64,000 nt of DNA from an uncultured Alphaproteobacteria bacterium (lineage in GTDB: Bacteria; Pseudomonadota; Alphaproteobacteria; UBA6615): NCBI GenBank assembly GCA_943787445.1, contig CALSML010000001.1:57408-121407 (forward strand), written 5' to 3'. Below are positions 19,697 to 28,674 of this stretch, one piece after another. Positions within the stretch are counted from its first letter, which is position 1. Each line of letters begins with the position of its first letter. Below the pieces are notes generated by a model. The model had not been told where the DNA came from. It worked only from the letters and a program-made list of their open reading frames with translations, and made no database searches. The translations under genes were made by a program, and so were the position numbers.

Positions 19697-20006
19697 GGTC
19701 CCGTGTCCCCGCCGCCAGAATTTCCTGTGCGCGCTTGTCGAAGGCATCAGCGTCCACCACGCCCTTTTCGATCAGCAACCGGATCATCCCGTCAAGGCGC
19801 CGACCGTAAAAGGTCGAGTTGGCGTAATAATCCGCCGGCATCTCCTCGACCGTCCGTCGGAACTCATCGGTGACGACCACACCCTTCACCTGCAACAAAT
19901 TGAAGGCAGCAATCATCTGCTTTTCCCAGAACAGCTGGTCGCGGTCTTCCTGGGGTACGGCCCCGGCCGGTTCACCGCCAATATCGGTTACGAGCTTGTC
20001 CACCAT
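19689..20006 (-). CDS. Nitrile hydratase beta N-terminal domain as a stand-alone gene (ScnB-like)
   Basis: DIGG..FWEK..DEFRRTVEEM..FYGRR..LLIEKGVV; 8-nt overlap with the next gene. Confidence 0.88.
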   Translation of the reverse strand: MVDKLVTDIGGEPAGAVPQEDRDQLFWEKQMIAAFNLLQVKGVVVTDEFRRTVEEMPADYYANSTFYGRRLDGMIRLLIEKGVVDADAFDKRAQEILAAGTRDHV

Positions 20007-20039
20007 GGGTTCGTCCTGCTTGTGGTTTCGTTCGTGCGT

Positions 20040-20285
20040 TCAAAGACGTCGGTACAGTTTCACCGCGGAATAGAGCGCCGCCAGAGTCGCCACGAAAAAA
20101 CCGCCAAACAATGGGGTGGGCGGCACATCCCAGGCGAATTGTCGGGCGAGATCATAAACGACGTAAATCGAAAATGTCAGCGCCAGCCCAAGCATGAAGG
20201 TCTTGCCGCGCAGCGCAATCGCCAGAAAGATTCCCGCAACCACGACCTCGAGTGCGATGGAGACGAATTGAAGGTTTTCGATCAT
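20040..20285 (-). CDS. Small 3-TM hypothetical protein upstream of the hydratase genes
   Basis: 81 aa hydrophobic ORF, co-directional and closely spaced with its neighbours. Confidence 0.65.
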   Translation of the reverse strand: MIENLQFVSIALEVVVAGIFLAIALRGKTFMLGLALTFSIYVVYDLARQFAWDVPPTPLFGGFFVATLAALYSAVKLYRRL

Positions 20286-20323
20286 AACTCAAAGCCTACC
20301 TCAATTCGTCTCCACGCGTGTGC

Positions 20324-21766
20324 CTAAAGGCCGGCCTGGGTGATGAACTTGGTGTTCAGATAAGCATCGATGGCTTCCGAGCCGCCTTCCGAGCCATAGC
20401 CGGAATCCTTGACCCCGCCGAACGGCGTTTCGATCAACCCGATCCCGTGATGGTTGATGGAAACCATCCCGCTCTCGAAGGCCGAGCCGATGGCTTCGGC
20501 GGTCTTGACGGATTTGGTATAGGCATAGGCTGCCAGCCCGTAATCGAGACGATTGGCTTCAGCCACAACCGCATCGAAATCCGAGAAGGACGAGATCGGC
20601 GCGACCGGGCCAAACGGCTCTTCGTTCATGATCCGCGCATCCAGCGGCACATCGGTCATCACCGTCGGCTCGAAGAAATAGCCCTTGTTGCCCTTACGCT
20701 TGCCGCCGGTCTGCAGCGTCGCACCCTTGCCCACGGCATCGGAGACAAAGCCCTCGATTGCATCGATCCGGCGGTCATGGGCCAGCGGGCCCATCTTGTT
20801 GTCCGGGTCCATACCATCGCCCACCGGCAGGGTGGCGGCGAATTCAGTGAAGCCTTCCACGAAGCGGTCATAGTGCTTTTCGTGCACCAAGAAGCGGGTC
20901 GGGGACACGCAGACCTGTCCGGCATTGCGGAACTTGTTGGCGGTTAGCACCTTGAGTGCGACCTCCACATCGGCATCCTCGAACACGATGGCCGGCGAAT
21001 GGCCGCCCAGCTCCATGGTCACACGCTTCATATGCGCACCGGCCAGTGCAGCCAGCTGCTTGCCGACCGCCGTGGAGCCCGTGAAGGTCACCTTGCGGAT
21101 GGTGCGATGGGGAATGAGGTATTCGGAGATTTCGGCGGGAACGCCATAGACCAGATTGACCACACCATCGGGCAGTCCGGCATCCACGAAACACCGGACC
21201 AGTGCCGCGCAACTCGCCGGGGTCTCTTCCGGGCCCTTGAGGATGATCGAGCAGCCGGCTGCAACAGCGCCCGAAAGCTTGCGCACGGCCTGATTGATCG
21301 GGAAGTTCCACGGCGTGAAGGCTGCGACCGGGCCGACCGGCTCTTTCACGACCATTTGGGTCACGCCGCCCATGCGTGCCGGGATCACCCAGCCATAGGC
21401 CCGGCGGGCCTCTTCAGCGAACCAGTCGATGATGTCGGCCCCGAACAGGGTCTCGATCTTGGCTTCGCCCAGCGGCTTGCCCTGTTCCATGGTCATCATG
21501 GCGCCAATTTCGTCGGCGCGTTCACGGACCAGATTGGCGGCCTTACGCATGACGTTGTAGCGCTCCATGGCCGAGACCTCTTTCCAGACGCGGAACCCGG
21601 CTTCCGCGGCTTCCAGCGCGGCATCCAGATCGGGGATGCGGGCATGGGCCACATTGCCGATCGGCTCTTCCGTCGCCGGGTTGAGCACGTCGATGGTTTC
21701 ACCGGCGGCCGCCGGCATCCACTTGCCGGCAATATGGAGTTCGGTGTTCGGGTATGCGTTGGTCAT
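20324..21766 (-). CDS. NAD-dependent aldehyde dehydrogenase (succinate/2-ketoglutarate semialdehyde dehydrogenase-like)
   Basis: [29 protein letters not shown] and EEPFGP motifs. Confidence 0.93.
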   Translation of the reverse strand: MTNAYPNTELHIAGKWMPAAAGETIDVLNPATEEPIGNVAHARIPDLDAALEAAEAGFRVWKEVSAMERYNVMRKAANLVRERADEIGAMMTMEQGKPLGEAKIETLFGADIIDWFAEEARRAYGWVIPARMGGVTQMVVKEPVGPVAAFTPWNFPINQAVRKLSGAVAAGCSIILKGPEETPASCAALVRCFVDAGLPDGVVNLVYGVPAEISEYLIPHRTIRKVTFTGSTAVGKQLAALAGAHMKRVTMELGGHSPAIVFEDADVEVALKVLTANKFRNAGQVCVSPTRFLVHEKHYDRFVEGFTEFAATLPVGDGMDPDNKMGPLAHDRRIDAIEGFVSDAVGKGATLQTGGKRKGNKGYFFEPTVMTDVPLDARIMNEEPFGPVAPISSFSDFDAVVAEANRLDYGLAAYAYTKSVKTAEAIGSAFESGMVSINHHGIGLIETPFGGVKDSGYGSEGGSEAIDAYLNTKFITQAGL

Positions 21767-21875
21767 TGCGGTCTTCCCTGAGTAAGTCGTCTCTGTTTGG
21801 ATTGGGCGCACTATGCCACAGCCGGACGCAAGACAAGAGTCCGACCGCAAGCGAATTCACCCGCGTGACTGGGCC

Positions 21876-22559
21876 CTAGGCGGCTTCGGCCGCCGCGCTG
21901 GCCCGGGCGTTCAAATCCTCGAAATCGTCCGGCCAGTTATCGGCCAGCCAGCGCAGATAGGTTTTCATATTCGCCGGGTCGATCTGCAGCGAGTTCTTGA
22001 TCTTGTCGACTTCGGGCTGCGCCTCGATGGTCAGCTTGAGGGAGTCGTTGAAGCGGTTGATCATGTTGAACATGCTGCAGATCAGCGTGAGTTCGACAAT
22101 CTCCCCCTCGTTGAACTGTGCCTGCACCCGCTCATAAACATCATCACGCGTCGCCGCGGTGTTCCTGGTCATGTGCTCGGCCCATTCGATGGCCGCGCGC
22201 TCGCGGTCATCGAAGAGGTCCGATGTCATGTAGTCGTCGGAGGACATCGCGATCACCTGTTCATGGGTGATCCCGGCGGCCGCCCCCAACGCCGTGTTGT
22301 GGGCGAAGCAGTATTCGCAGCCATTGATATGGCTGGTCTTGATGATAACCATTTCCTTGATCTTGCCCGAGAGGCGCACACCGGGCCATTCGCGCTGGTT
22401 GCCCGCCTGAAAGGGCAGAAACAGCATCGCCAGATAGGGCGCATGGGCCATGGTGCGATAGGCGTTCGGCACCCGGCCGATCATGCTGGTAACCGCGCCG
22501 AAGAAATCCTGCAGTTCCTCGGGGGCATTTTCCGGATTGATGACGGGTATTCTTGCCAC
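21876..22559 (-). CDS. Carboxymuconolactone decarboxylase/AhpD family protein
   Basis: GRVPN, KEMVIIKTSHINGCEYCFAH and EIVELT..NMINRFND motifs; GTG start with a GGGGAG RBS. Confidence 0.85.
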   Translation of the reverse strand: MARIPVINPENAPEELQDFFGAVTSMIGRVPNAYRTMAHAPYLAMLFLPFQAGNQREWPGVRLSGKIKEMVIIKTSHINGCEYCFAHNTALGAAAGITHEQVIAMSSDDYMTSDLFDDRERAAIEWAEHMTRNTAATRDDVYERVQAQFNEGEIVELTLICSMFNMINRFNDSLKLTIEAQPEVDKIKNSLQIDPANMKTYLRWLADNWPDDFEDLNARASAAAEAA

Positions 22560-22608
22560 GATGTTCTCTCCCCTTTTTCTGATTGTCCGGCGATCGGGTC
22601 GTGCGCCC

Positions 22609-23710
22609 CTAGAGCGCGCGCGCGTAGGTTGCCAGCTTGTCTTCGTCGACCTCCACACCCAGCCCGGGCCCGTCCGGCGTCGAGACATGACCGCCGACCA
22701 CGGCGATCGGATTGCGAACCACATCGGTGGCCAGATAGGGGGTGGTCGGGCTGACCCCCCAGGCCAGTGTCCGCGCGGGAAGCGGCCAGATGCAGCACCG
22801 CCGCGCTGGACACGCTGGTCTCCGCCGTCTTGCCGGCCAGGTTCACATTCATGCCCAGTTCGGCGAAGAGCTTTGTCGCCTCATGAGCCCGGGTGACGCC
22901 GCCCAGCTTGATCATCTTGACGCTGCCCCCCTGGGCCGCCCCCATCGCGTGATGACGACGCACGTCATCGAAACTGTGCAGGCCTTCATCGGCAGCAATC
23001 GGACAGGATGATTCCCCGGCGATCATCGCCATGCCTTCCACGTCATGCCCGTGAAGCGGCTGTTCGAGAAAATCGAGAACCGCACTGGCCCCCCGCGCGA
23101 ACGACACCGCTTCATCCCTGTTCCAGCCCTGATTGGTGTCCGATGACAGCTGGACCGCCCCGGCCAGCGCGTCGCCGATCGCATTGGTGCGTTCGATATC
23201 CTGATCCACGGGTTTGCCGCCGACCTTGATCTTCATGGCCGCATAGCCTTCGTCAGCGCCTTCGCGCGCATCCCCGACATCGGTCGCCAGATCGCCGGTC
23301 GCCAGCATCTTGACCACCGGCATGCGCGCACGCTGCACGCCGCCCAGCAGCTCGGCGACAGACATTTTCCGGGCCTTGCCGGCAAGATCATAAAGCGCGA
23401 TCTCAAGCACCGTCTTGGCGCTGGCATTACCATAGAGGCGCCAGTCCATTTCCTTCTTGTTGTCCATGAAGTCCGCCGGATCACGCCCCGTCAGGAACGG
23501 CGTCAGATAGCGGATCGCCGCGACCATGCTTTCGACCGTCTCCCCGGTCATCGCCGGTGAGGACGAGGCCTCGCCCCAGCCGACCAGCCCCGTATCGGTC
23601 TCGATCCGGGCAAACACATTCTCGGAGACCGAGATTTCGACCCCCGACATCTTAAACGGCCGCAGAAGCGGCAGATCGGCAATGATGGGGTCAATCCTGA
23701 TGATTTTCAT
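22609..23710 (-). pseudogene. Mandelate racemase/muconate lactonizing enzyme family gene, frameshifted near 22778
   Basis: GWGE, KIKVG, DTNQGW, EQP and ADE motifs. The canonical tail LATDVV..PDGPGLGVEVDEDKL lies in another frame and ends at TAG 22611-22609. Confidence 0.85.
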
Positions 23711-23780
23711 GGTGCGGAATTCCTGCTCACCCAATTCGCGTGTACTTCTACAATAAGGGGAAACCCGGCGGATGCCAGCC

Positions 23781-24812
23781 TCAAGCCGTTGCGCGCCGGG
23801 GAATGCCGCCAATCGTGACCCAGTGGTAGCGTTCATCGAGCAACGGCGAAAGTGGCCGTCGCACGTCATCCTCGAGCGCGATCCACAAACGCAGCAGCAG
23901 TCGTTTGCGGGCCGGTTCGTCCCAATCCTCGAACGGAGAGCGGCCATGAAGGGTCGTGTGGTTGTTGATGAACTGCATGTCGCCCGGCTCAAAGGTCATC
24001 GACAACCGCATCTCGGGACGTTCCGCCACCGAATGGGCGAATTCGAGCGCCGCCCATTGCGTGGGGCTGGGTGCCAGCTCTTCGCCATGGCGGGTGGTCG
24101 ACCGCACGAAGAACCGGTTGGTGAACCGCGACGTGATTTTGCCCGACGCGACGGAGAACATCGGCACCTGATACCAGGGCTTCTGTCCATCCGGCTCATC
24201 GCCGCGCCAGTCCACATTGATGGGTTCGTAGAGATGCGGGAGCAAATCCGGACGCTCCGCGCGAATGACATTGTGCATGGCCAACGCGCTAACGATATGG
24301 CTCTCGCCGCCCATCCGGGCATCGTTGACACAGAACAGGCCGAGGATATCGGCGGGCAACTGGTCGCAGTGGAACTGCAGCGCACCCGCCGTCTTGTACC
24401 CGCGCACATTGGCGTCATCCATCACGCCACCCTCATCCTGCACATAGCCGATCAGGTCGCCGCGCAGGCTCTGGGAGATCGACCGGCCCAGATGAGCGCC
24501 GATGCCCCAATAGATGAGTTCGCATTCCTCTGTCGTGTAGCGATCCCGGGGCAAGCCGCGCAGCAGCGCGACGCCGTATCCGTGACAAACCATGTCGCGA
24601 AGATGGGCCAGTCGGGCGCGCAGATGGTCGAGCGGAAAATCCGCCGTTGCAAACGGAACCTGCACGCCCCGCGACATCGCAACGTTCAGCGCGCCATCGA
24701 TCTCCGCGATATCCGAGTCATCAAGGTGGATGATCCAGTCATCCACAAGCTGCAGATTCCGGCCCAGCCAGACATCCGGTCCGTCCAGGTGATCCGTCAC
24801 CATATCGATCAT
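23781..24812 (-). CDS. TauD/TfdA family Fe(II)/2-oxoglutarate dioxygenase
   Basis: FHCD (HxD), GGES, PGDMQFINNHTTLHGR and RLLLRLW motifs. Confidence 0.9.
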   Translation of the reverse strand: MIDMVTDHLDGPDVWLGRNLQLVDDWIIHLDDSDIAEIDGALNVAMSRGVQVPFATADFPLDHLRARLAHLRDMVCHGYGVALLRGLPRDRYTTEECELIYWGIGAHLGRSISQSLRGDLIGYVQDEGGVMDDANVRGYKTAGALQFHCDQLPADILGLFCVNDARMGGESHIVSALAMHNVIRAERPDLLPHLYEPINVDWRGDEPDGQKPWYQVPMFSVASGKITSRFTNRFFVRSTTRHGEELAPSPTQWAALEFAHSVAERPEMRLSMTFEPGDMQFINNHTTLHGRSPFEDWDEPARKRLLLRLWIALEDDVRRPLSPLLDERYHWVTIGGIPRRATA

Positions 24813-24989
24813 TCAGGTCATCCCCCACCGAACGGGCAATTGCAGCCCACAGGGTCATGAATCACGAGAGACCCGTCAAGTCGACTCCCGACGCGCATTG
24901 TCCTGTGTGTGACACGACAGTACCGTGACGGCCCGTCTCGTGATGAGCGGGTTCTTTCGCCGCCGGGGGCACGACACAATGGGACGATC

Positions 24990-26231
24990 ATGACCACGAC
25001 GGCCGGTGTGCGCGGTCTCCTGCGTGACGTCCAGTTCCTGCGCGTCTGGCTAGTCGGGATTTTCAGCGGTGTGGCCCGCTGGCTCGAAATGCTAGTCGCG
25101 GGCGTCTATGCCTTCGACACCACCGGCTCCCCCTTCCTTGTTGCCCTGCTGGTGATCCTGCGCATGGGCCCGCTCGTGGTCCTCGGTTCGGTCGTCGGCA
25201 CCTTCGCGGACCGCCTGCCCCCCAAGCTTCTGCTCAGCCTCACCATGGCCGGCGCCATGCTCGTGTCGGGCAGCGTCTTCGTGCTGTTCCTGACCGGACA
25301 GGATTCCTACTGGATCGTCGCCTTCGCCTCCTTCGTCTCCGGTCTGGTCTGGACCACCGACATGCCCCTGCGCCGCCGGGTCTTGGGGGACATCGCCGGG
25401 ATGGAGCGCGTCTCGGTGGCCATGGGGCTCGACGCCGCCAGCAACAATGGCACCCGCATGCTCGGACCTTTGCTGGGGGGCCTGATCTTTCAGTGGCTGG
25501 GAGCGGGCGGGGCCTATCTGCTCAGCACCGCGCTCTATGCCGCCTGCGTGGGATTGCTGATCTTCCTGTCCGTCCAGACCGGGCAGGCGGTTGCCACCCG
25601 TGCCGCCTCCCGGGCCCTTGACGACCTGCGGGCCGGCTTTGCCTATGTGATCCACAACCGGGATGTGATGCGCATCATGCTGGTGACGATCGTCTTCAAC
25701 CTCTGGGGGTTTCCGTTCCTCGCCATGATCCCGGTGGTCGGGCGGGACGAATTGCAGATCTCAGCCAGCCTCATCGGCGGCCTGACCGCACTGGAAGGCG
25801 GTGGCGCCTTTCTCGGCGCACTGATCATCGCGGCGCGGGTGCGGATCGCCAGTTACCGGCGCCTCTATTATTTCGGCATGCTGGGCTATCTGATCGCGGC
25901 CTTCACCGCAGGCTGGATGGCGGACGTGGTGCCCATGGCGCTGGTCTTCATTGTTGTCGGCCTGTGCGCAGCTGGGTTCTCCACCATGCAGTCCACGCTG
26001 ATCTACACGGTCGCCCCGCCGGAGATGCGCGGGCGCCTGTTCGGTGTGCTGGTGATCTGCATCGGCAGCGGCCTGATTGGGTTCACCAATATCGGCCTGA
26101 TGGGGGAATGGTTCGGCGGCTCGACCGCCATGCGCATCGTCGCGGCCGAGGGCCTCATCCCCCTGTTGCTGATCGGGTATGGCTGGCGCGAACTCTGGTC
26201 CCGCGATACCTATGACCGGGGCACCCGATAA
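24990..26231 (+). CDS. MFS transporter (MFS_3-like)
   Basis: About 12 TM segments; GTFADRLP, RMLGPLLGG and APPEMRGR motifs. Confidence 0.9.
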   Translation: MTTTAGVRGLLRDVQFLRVWLVGIFSGVARWLEMLVAGVYAFDTTGSPFLVALLVILRMGPLVVLGSVVGTFADRLPPKLLLSLTMAGAMLVSGSVFVLFLTGQDSYWIVAFASFVSGLVWTTDMPLRRRVLGDIAGMERVSVAMGLDAASNNGTRMLGPLLGGLIFQWLGAGGAYLLSTALYAACVGLLIFLSVQTGQAVATRAASRALDDLRAGFAYVIHNRDVMRIMLVTIVFNLWGFPFLAMIPVVGRDELQISASLIGGLTALEGGGAFLGALIIAARVRIASYRRLYYFGMLGYLIAAFTAGWMADVVPMALVFIVVGLCAAGFSTMQSTLIYTVAPPEMRGRLFGVLVICIGSGLIGFTNIGLMGEWFGGSTAMRIVAAEGLIPLLLIGYGWRELWSRDTYDRGTR

Positions 26232-26280
26232 CAACCCCTCTGGAAGTTTCAAACACCGGGGAGTTTGTTATGTTGCCCCC

Positions 26281-26604
26281 ATGGACATGATCGCGATCTG
26301 GTTTGGGGCCCTGATCCCCACATTGCTTCTCAGCCGCCTGACCCTGCTGCCCGTCAAACCGGAGCATCGCGGGCGCCCGTCTCGGCTGCTGTTGGCCCAC
26401 GCCATCGCCTTCGCGCTCTGCGTTCTGCTGCTGGGCCTCACCGATGGCGAGGGGGGAATCGGCGGCCGCATCGCAAACATGTTCGGCGACGGACTGGTCT
26501 CCGGCGCGCGGGTCTATGCCCTGCCCCAGATCTTCTGGTTCATCCTGGAATGGGTCTGGCGCGCCCGCACTGCCCGGCAACAGGTCCGGGTCGAAGACGA
26601 ATAG
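26281..26604 (+). CDS. Hypothetical 3-TM membrane protein (paralogue of 13615-13938)
   Basis: IPTLLLSR, RLLLAH and YALPQIFW motifs. Confidence 0.65.
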   Translation: MDMIAIWFGALIPTLLLSRLTLLPVKPEHRGRPSRLLLAHAIAFALCVLLLGLTDGEGGIGGRIANMFGDGLVSGARVYALPQIFWFILEWVWRARTARQQVRVEDE

Positions 26605-26617
26605 TTTTTCAGGAAAA

Positions 26618-26693
26618 TGGTGCCGCCTGCAGGATTCGAACCTGCGACCCCCGCATTACGAATGCGATGCTCTACCAACTGAGCTAAGGCGGC
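26618..26693 (-). tRNA. tRNA-Thr (anticodon CGT)
   Basis: Reverse complement reads GCCGCCTTAGCTCAGTTGGTAGAGCATCGCATTCGTAATGCGGGGGTCGCAGGTTCGAATCCTGCAGGCGGCACCA: 76 nt, cloverleaf, encoded CCA. Confidence 0.97.
26636..26662. repeat. 27-bp direct repeat, copy 1 (inside tRNA-Thr)
   Basis: tcgaacctgcgacccccgcattacgaa, identical to 31133-31159. Confidence 0.9.
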
Positions 26694-26705
26694 GCCGATT
26701 TGCGA

Positions 26706-26739
26706 GGCCTTACCTATGTAAGGCCGTCGATTGGGTCAA
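26706..26739 (-). promoter_or_regulatory. Putative sigma70 promoter of the tRNA, with an 8-bp inverted repeat over the -10 region
   Basis: TTGACC at 26739-26734; palindrome ggccttac-ctat-gtaaggcc at 26706-26725. Confidence 0.5.
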
Positions 26740-27111
26740 GCGATTTGCGTGTCGGCCGGACTGAAGTTGCCCAAAGCCTTATTCACCAACATTTCCCGGT
26801 CGGAATTGCCGTCAGAGACCATAGCGATTTAAGGGTCAAATTTTTGGTTTTTTCTGCTTGTTCCACATCCTTGGTTGATGTTGATCCCCGTATTATACGC
26901 TCACCCGAATCCGATGTGAATCGACTAGTCAGTGGAACAGGATTGGAACAAGGGTTTTAGGGTCAGGAGAAAATTGTCGCTGTGACACGGTTCCATCTCA
27001 GGACGTCACGACAACCCCCACCCCGGAGGGACAAAAATCGACCCCCTGCCGAATATATATATTGGAAGATGGCCCGGATAAATTTTAGGCCAGAGTAACC
27101 AGAGTTCCCGT

Positions 27112-27756
27112 TTAGTGCCTCAGGCTCTCACACGCGACACCGTCACGATCACCATCAAGTCGATGAGGATCACCGGGCTTGGCTGCCTCGAAGAAGCTCT
27201 GAGCTTCTTGCCACGTCTGAAAATCTCCACAGTCTTTGTCGCGAGGCATTTGGCCCGGTTTGGAATTTCCTCGCCTACCTCGCCGCCATTGCTCTGGAGC
27301 GACAAAACTTCCTGACCAAATGCCGAGTCCTGATTTCTGTGCTTCCATCTCTTCGATGACGTAGTCGGTCGAGTAGCGCCGGTAGGCTATCGCCCAACCG
27401 GTAGCAACCATCTCGCGGTTAAGTTCAACTCCGAGCGGTCCCCCTATCGAGCAGACAGCAATAATTCGACCGTAACGATCTTTGTCGATCTCTGAGCAAT
27501 CGACCCAATGGTTCTCAACCAAGGCAGCCAGAGCAGCTGTTGCCTCGAAACCACAACGCCAATCCTGACCATTGCGCGAACAAACTTGATCGCTCTCAGG
27601 CGCATCAATTCCGTGAAGGCGAACAGCGACCGAACCAAATTTGAGGGAGTCTCCGTCCACGACACGCGGTTTGCCGCTGATGGCCTCAGCGCCTTGAACG
27701 CCAATAGCGATCACGCTGATTGCAGTCGCGCAAAATAGTTTGAAAAGGTGAACCAT
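27112..27756 (-). CDS. Secreted thermonuclease (SNase-like) with a C-terminal Excalibur Ca-binding domain
   Basis: Signal peptide; VVDGDS, VRLHGIDAPE, DRYGR and GWAIAY motifs; DKDCGDF..LDGDRDGVACE. Confidence 0.92.
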   Translation of the reverse strand: MVHLFKLFCATAISVIAIGVQGAEAISGKPRVVDGDSLKFGSVAVRLHGIDAPESDQVCSRNGQDWRCGFEATAALAALVENHWVDCSEIDKDRYGRIIAVCSIGGPLGVELNREMVATGWAIAYRRYSTDYVIEEMEAQKSGLGIWSGSFVAPEQWRRGRRGNSKPGQMPRDKDCGDFQTWQEAQSFFEAAKPGDPHRLDGDRDGVACESLRH

Positions 27757-27797
27757 GGCTTTCAGGGACTCATCGTTCTGACCGACCCGACGTCCTA

Positions 27798-28103
27798 TCA
27801 GTCACTCTTCGTACAGTGGCTTTGCCACAACGTCGATAGCTGGGTCATCTCGGTCAGCGCAGCCCTGTAACGCTGGTCCATAATGTCGTAATGAGTTTGC
27901 AAATCCTCATTTGCAACATTGGGCTGACGCATATCGCGCATCAGAGAAATTAAGACGGTCATATGCGATGAGGTTTTCCGCATCTGCGACGCCAACGTCG
28001 GGCACATCTGCGGGTCGATAAGAGGTACCTCGTCACTTGCAGATGATCTCCCTCCCATGAGCAGCAGTCCCGAAACGCAGAGGGTGGAAATTAAGAGCCT
28101 CAT
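27798..28103 (-). CDS. Hypothetical secreted protein
   Basis: Signal-peptide-like N-terminus, two Cys in the mature part, AGGA RBS. Confidence 0.55.
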   Translation of the reverse strand: MRLLISTLCVSGLLLMGGRSSASDEVPLIDPQMCPTLASQMRKTSSHMTVLISLMRDMRQPNVANEDLQTHYDIMDQRYRAALTEMTQLSTLWQSHCTKSD

Positions 28104-28306
28104 AACAAATTCCTATTAGATGAATCCTTCTACTTTATAGACGACAACCAGAGACCTCTCAGCTGGGCCCAGGAGAGCCATACAAAGGCTTTGTGACTGT
28201 ATCTAAGGAAGGTAACTGACGAAAGACCAGACCTCTTACAGAGCTATAATTTTGCCTATTTATCCCAGCGTTTCCAGTGCTTTGCGGGTATTCTCTCCAG
28301 AATACG

Positions 28307-28340
28307 AAAAGGCCCCCGGAGATTTGTCTCACGAGGGCCT
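28307..28340 (-). terminator. Rho-independent terminator after the GYD gene
   Basis: Minus strand reads aggccctcgtgaga-caaa-tctccgggggcc-tttt. Confidence 0.7.
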
Positions 28341-28359
28341 GATCATATTTCTTATAGGG

Positions 28360-28674
28360 TTAACCTGCAGCGGTATACGCACTTGCTGCTGCTTGAGCCG
28401 CCGAAACTACTTTCGGCATATCAATTTCCTCGAGGTAGTCAGCCTCTTCGAAAGCACCACTCGCCTTAATTGCAAGAACAAGACCCATCGCCGTTTCATG
28501 GTCTTTGACCTCTACGCGGACAACGACGTCGTATTTCCCTCGAACGAAGGCGATGTAGTCAGATGTGCCACCAACCGCATCCATCAGTTTTTTGATCGCA
28601 GCTTCTCGATCTGAGCCACCAATCAGACCCTTCAGCGCATGCGGGGCATATTTTCCTAGAAGTAATGCTTTCAT
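28360..28674 (-). CDS. GYD domain protein
   Basis: Motifs LGKYAP..GL..SDREAA..AVGG..GKYDVVV..ASGA. Confidence 0.85.
   Translation of the reverse strand: MKALLLGKYAPHALKGLIGGSDREAAIKKLMDAVGGTSDYIAFVRGKYDVVVRVEVKDHETAMGLVLAIKASGAFEEADYLEEIDMPKVVSAAQAAASAYTAAG

Noticed and set aside
18747..20006. Firm call as thiocyanate hydrolase (scnABC) or classical nthAB
   Set aside because: The architecture is SCNase-like, but the pocket residues are mixed and an amidase follows, so no gene symbols were assigned.
19689..20006. Beta-N gene as a P14K-type NHase accessory protein, or the split as a frameshift
   Set aside because: It lies upstream of a stand-alone beta-C gene that needs such a partner, it retains the DxGG and DEFR motifs, and the genes have ordinary start/stop overlaps.
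27005..27070. C-rich tracts followed by an ATATATAT run as a phage packaging or origin site
   Set aside because: It is suggestive only; no terminase or replication gene supports it.
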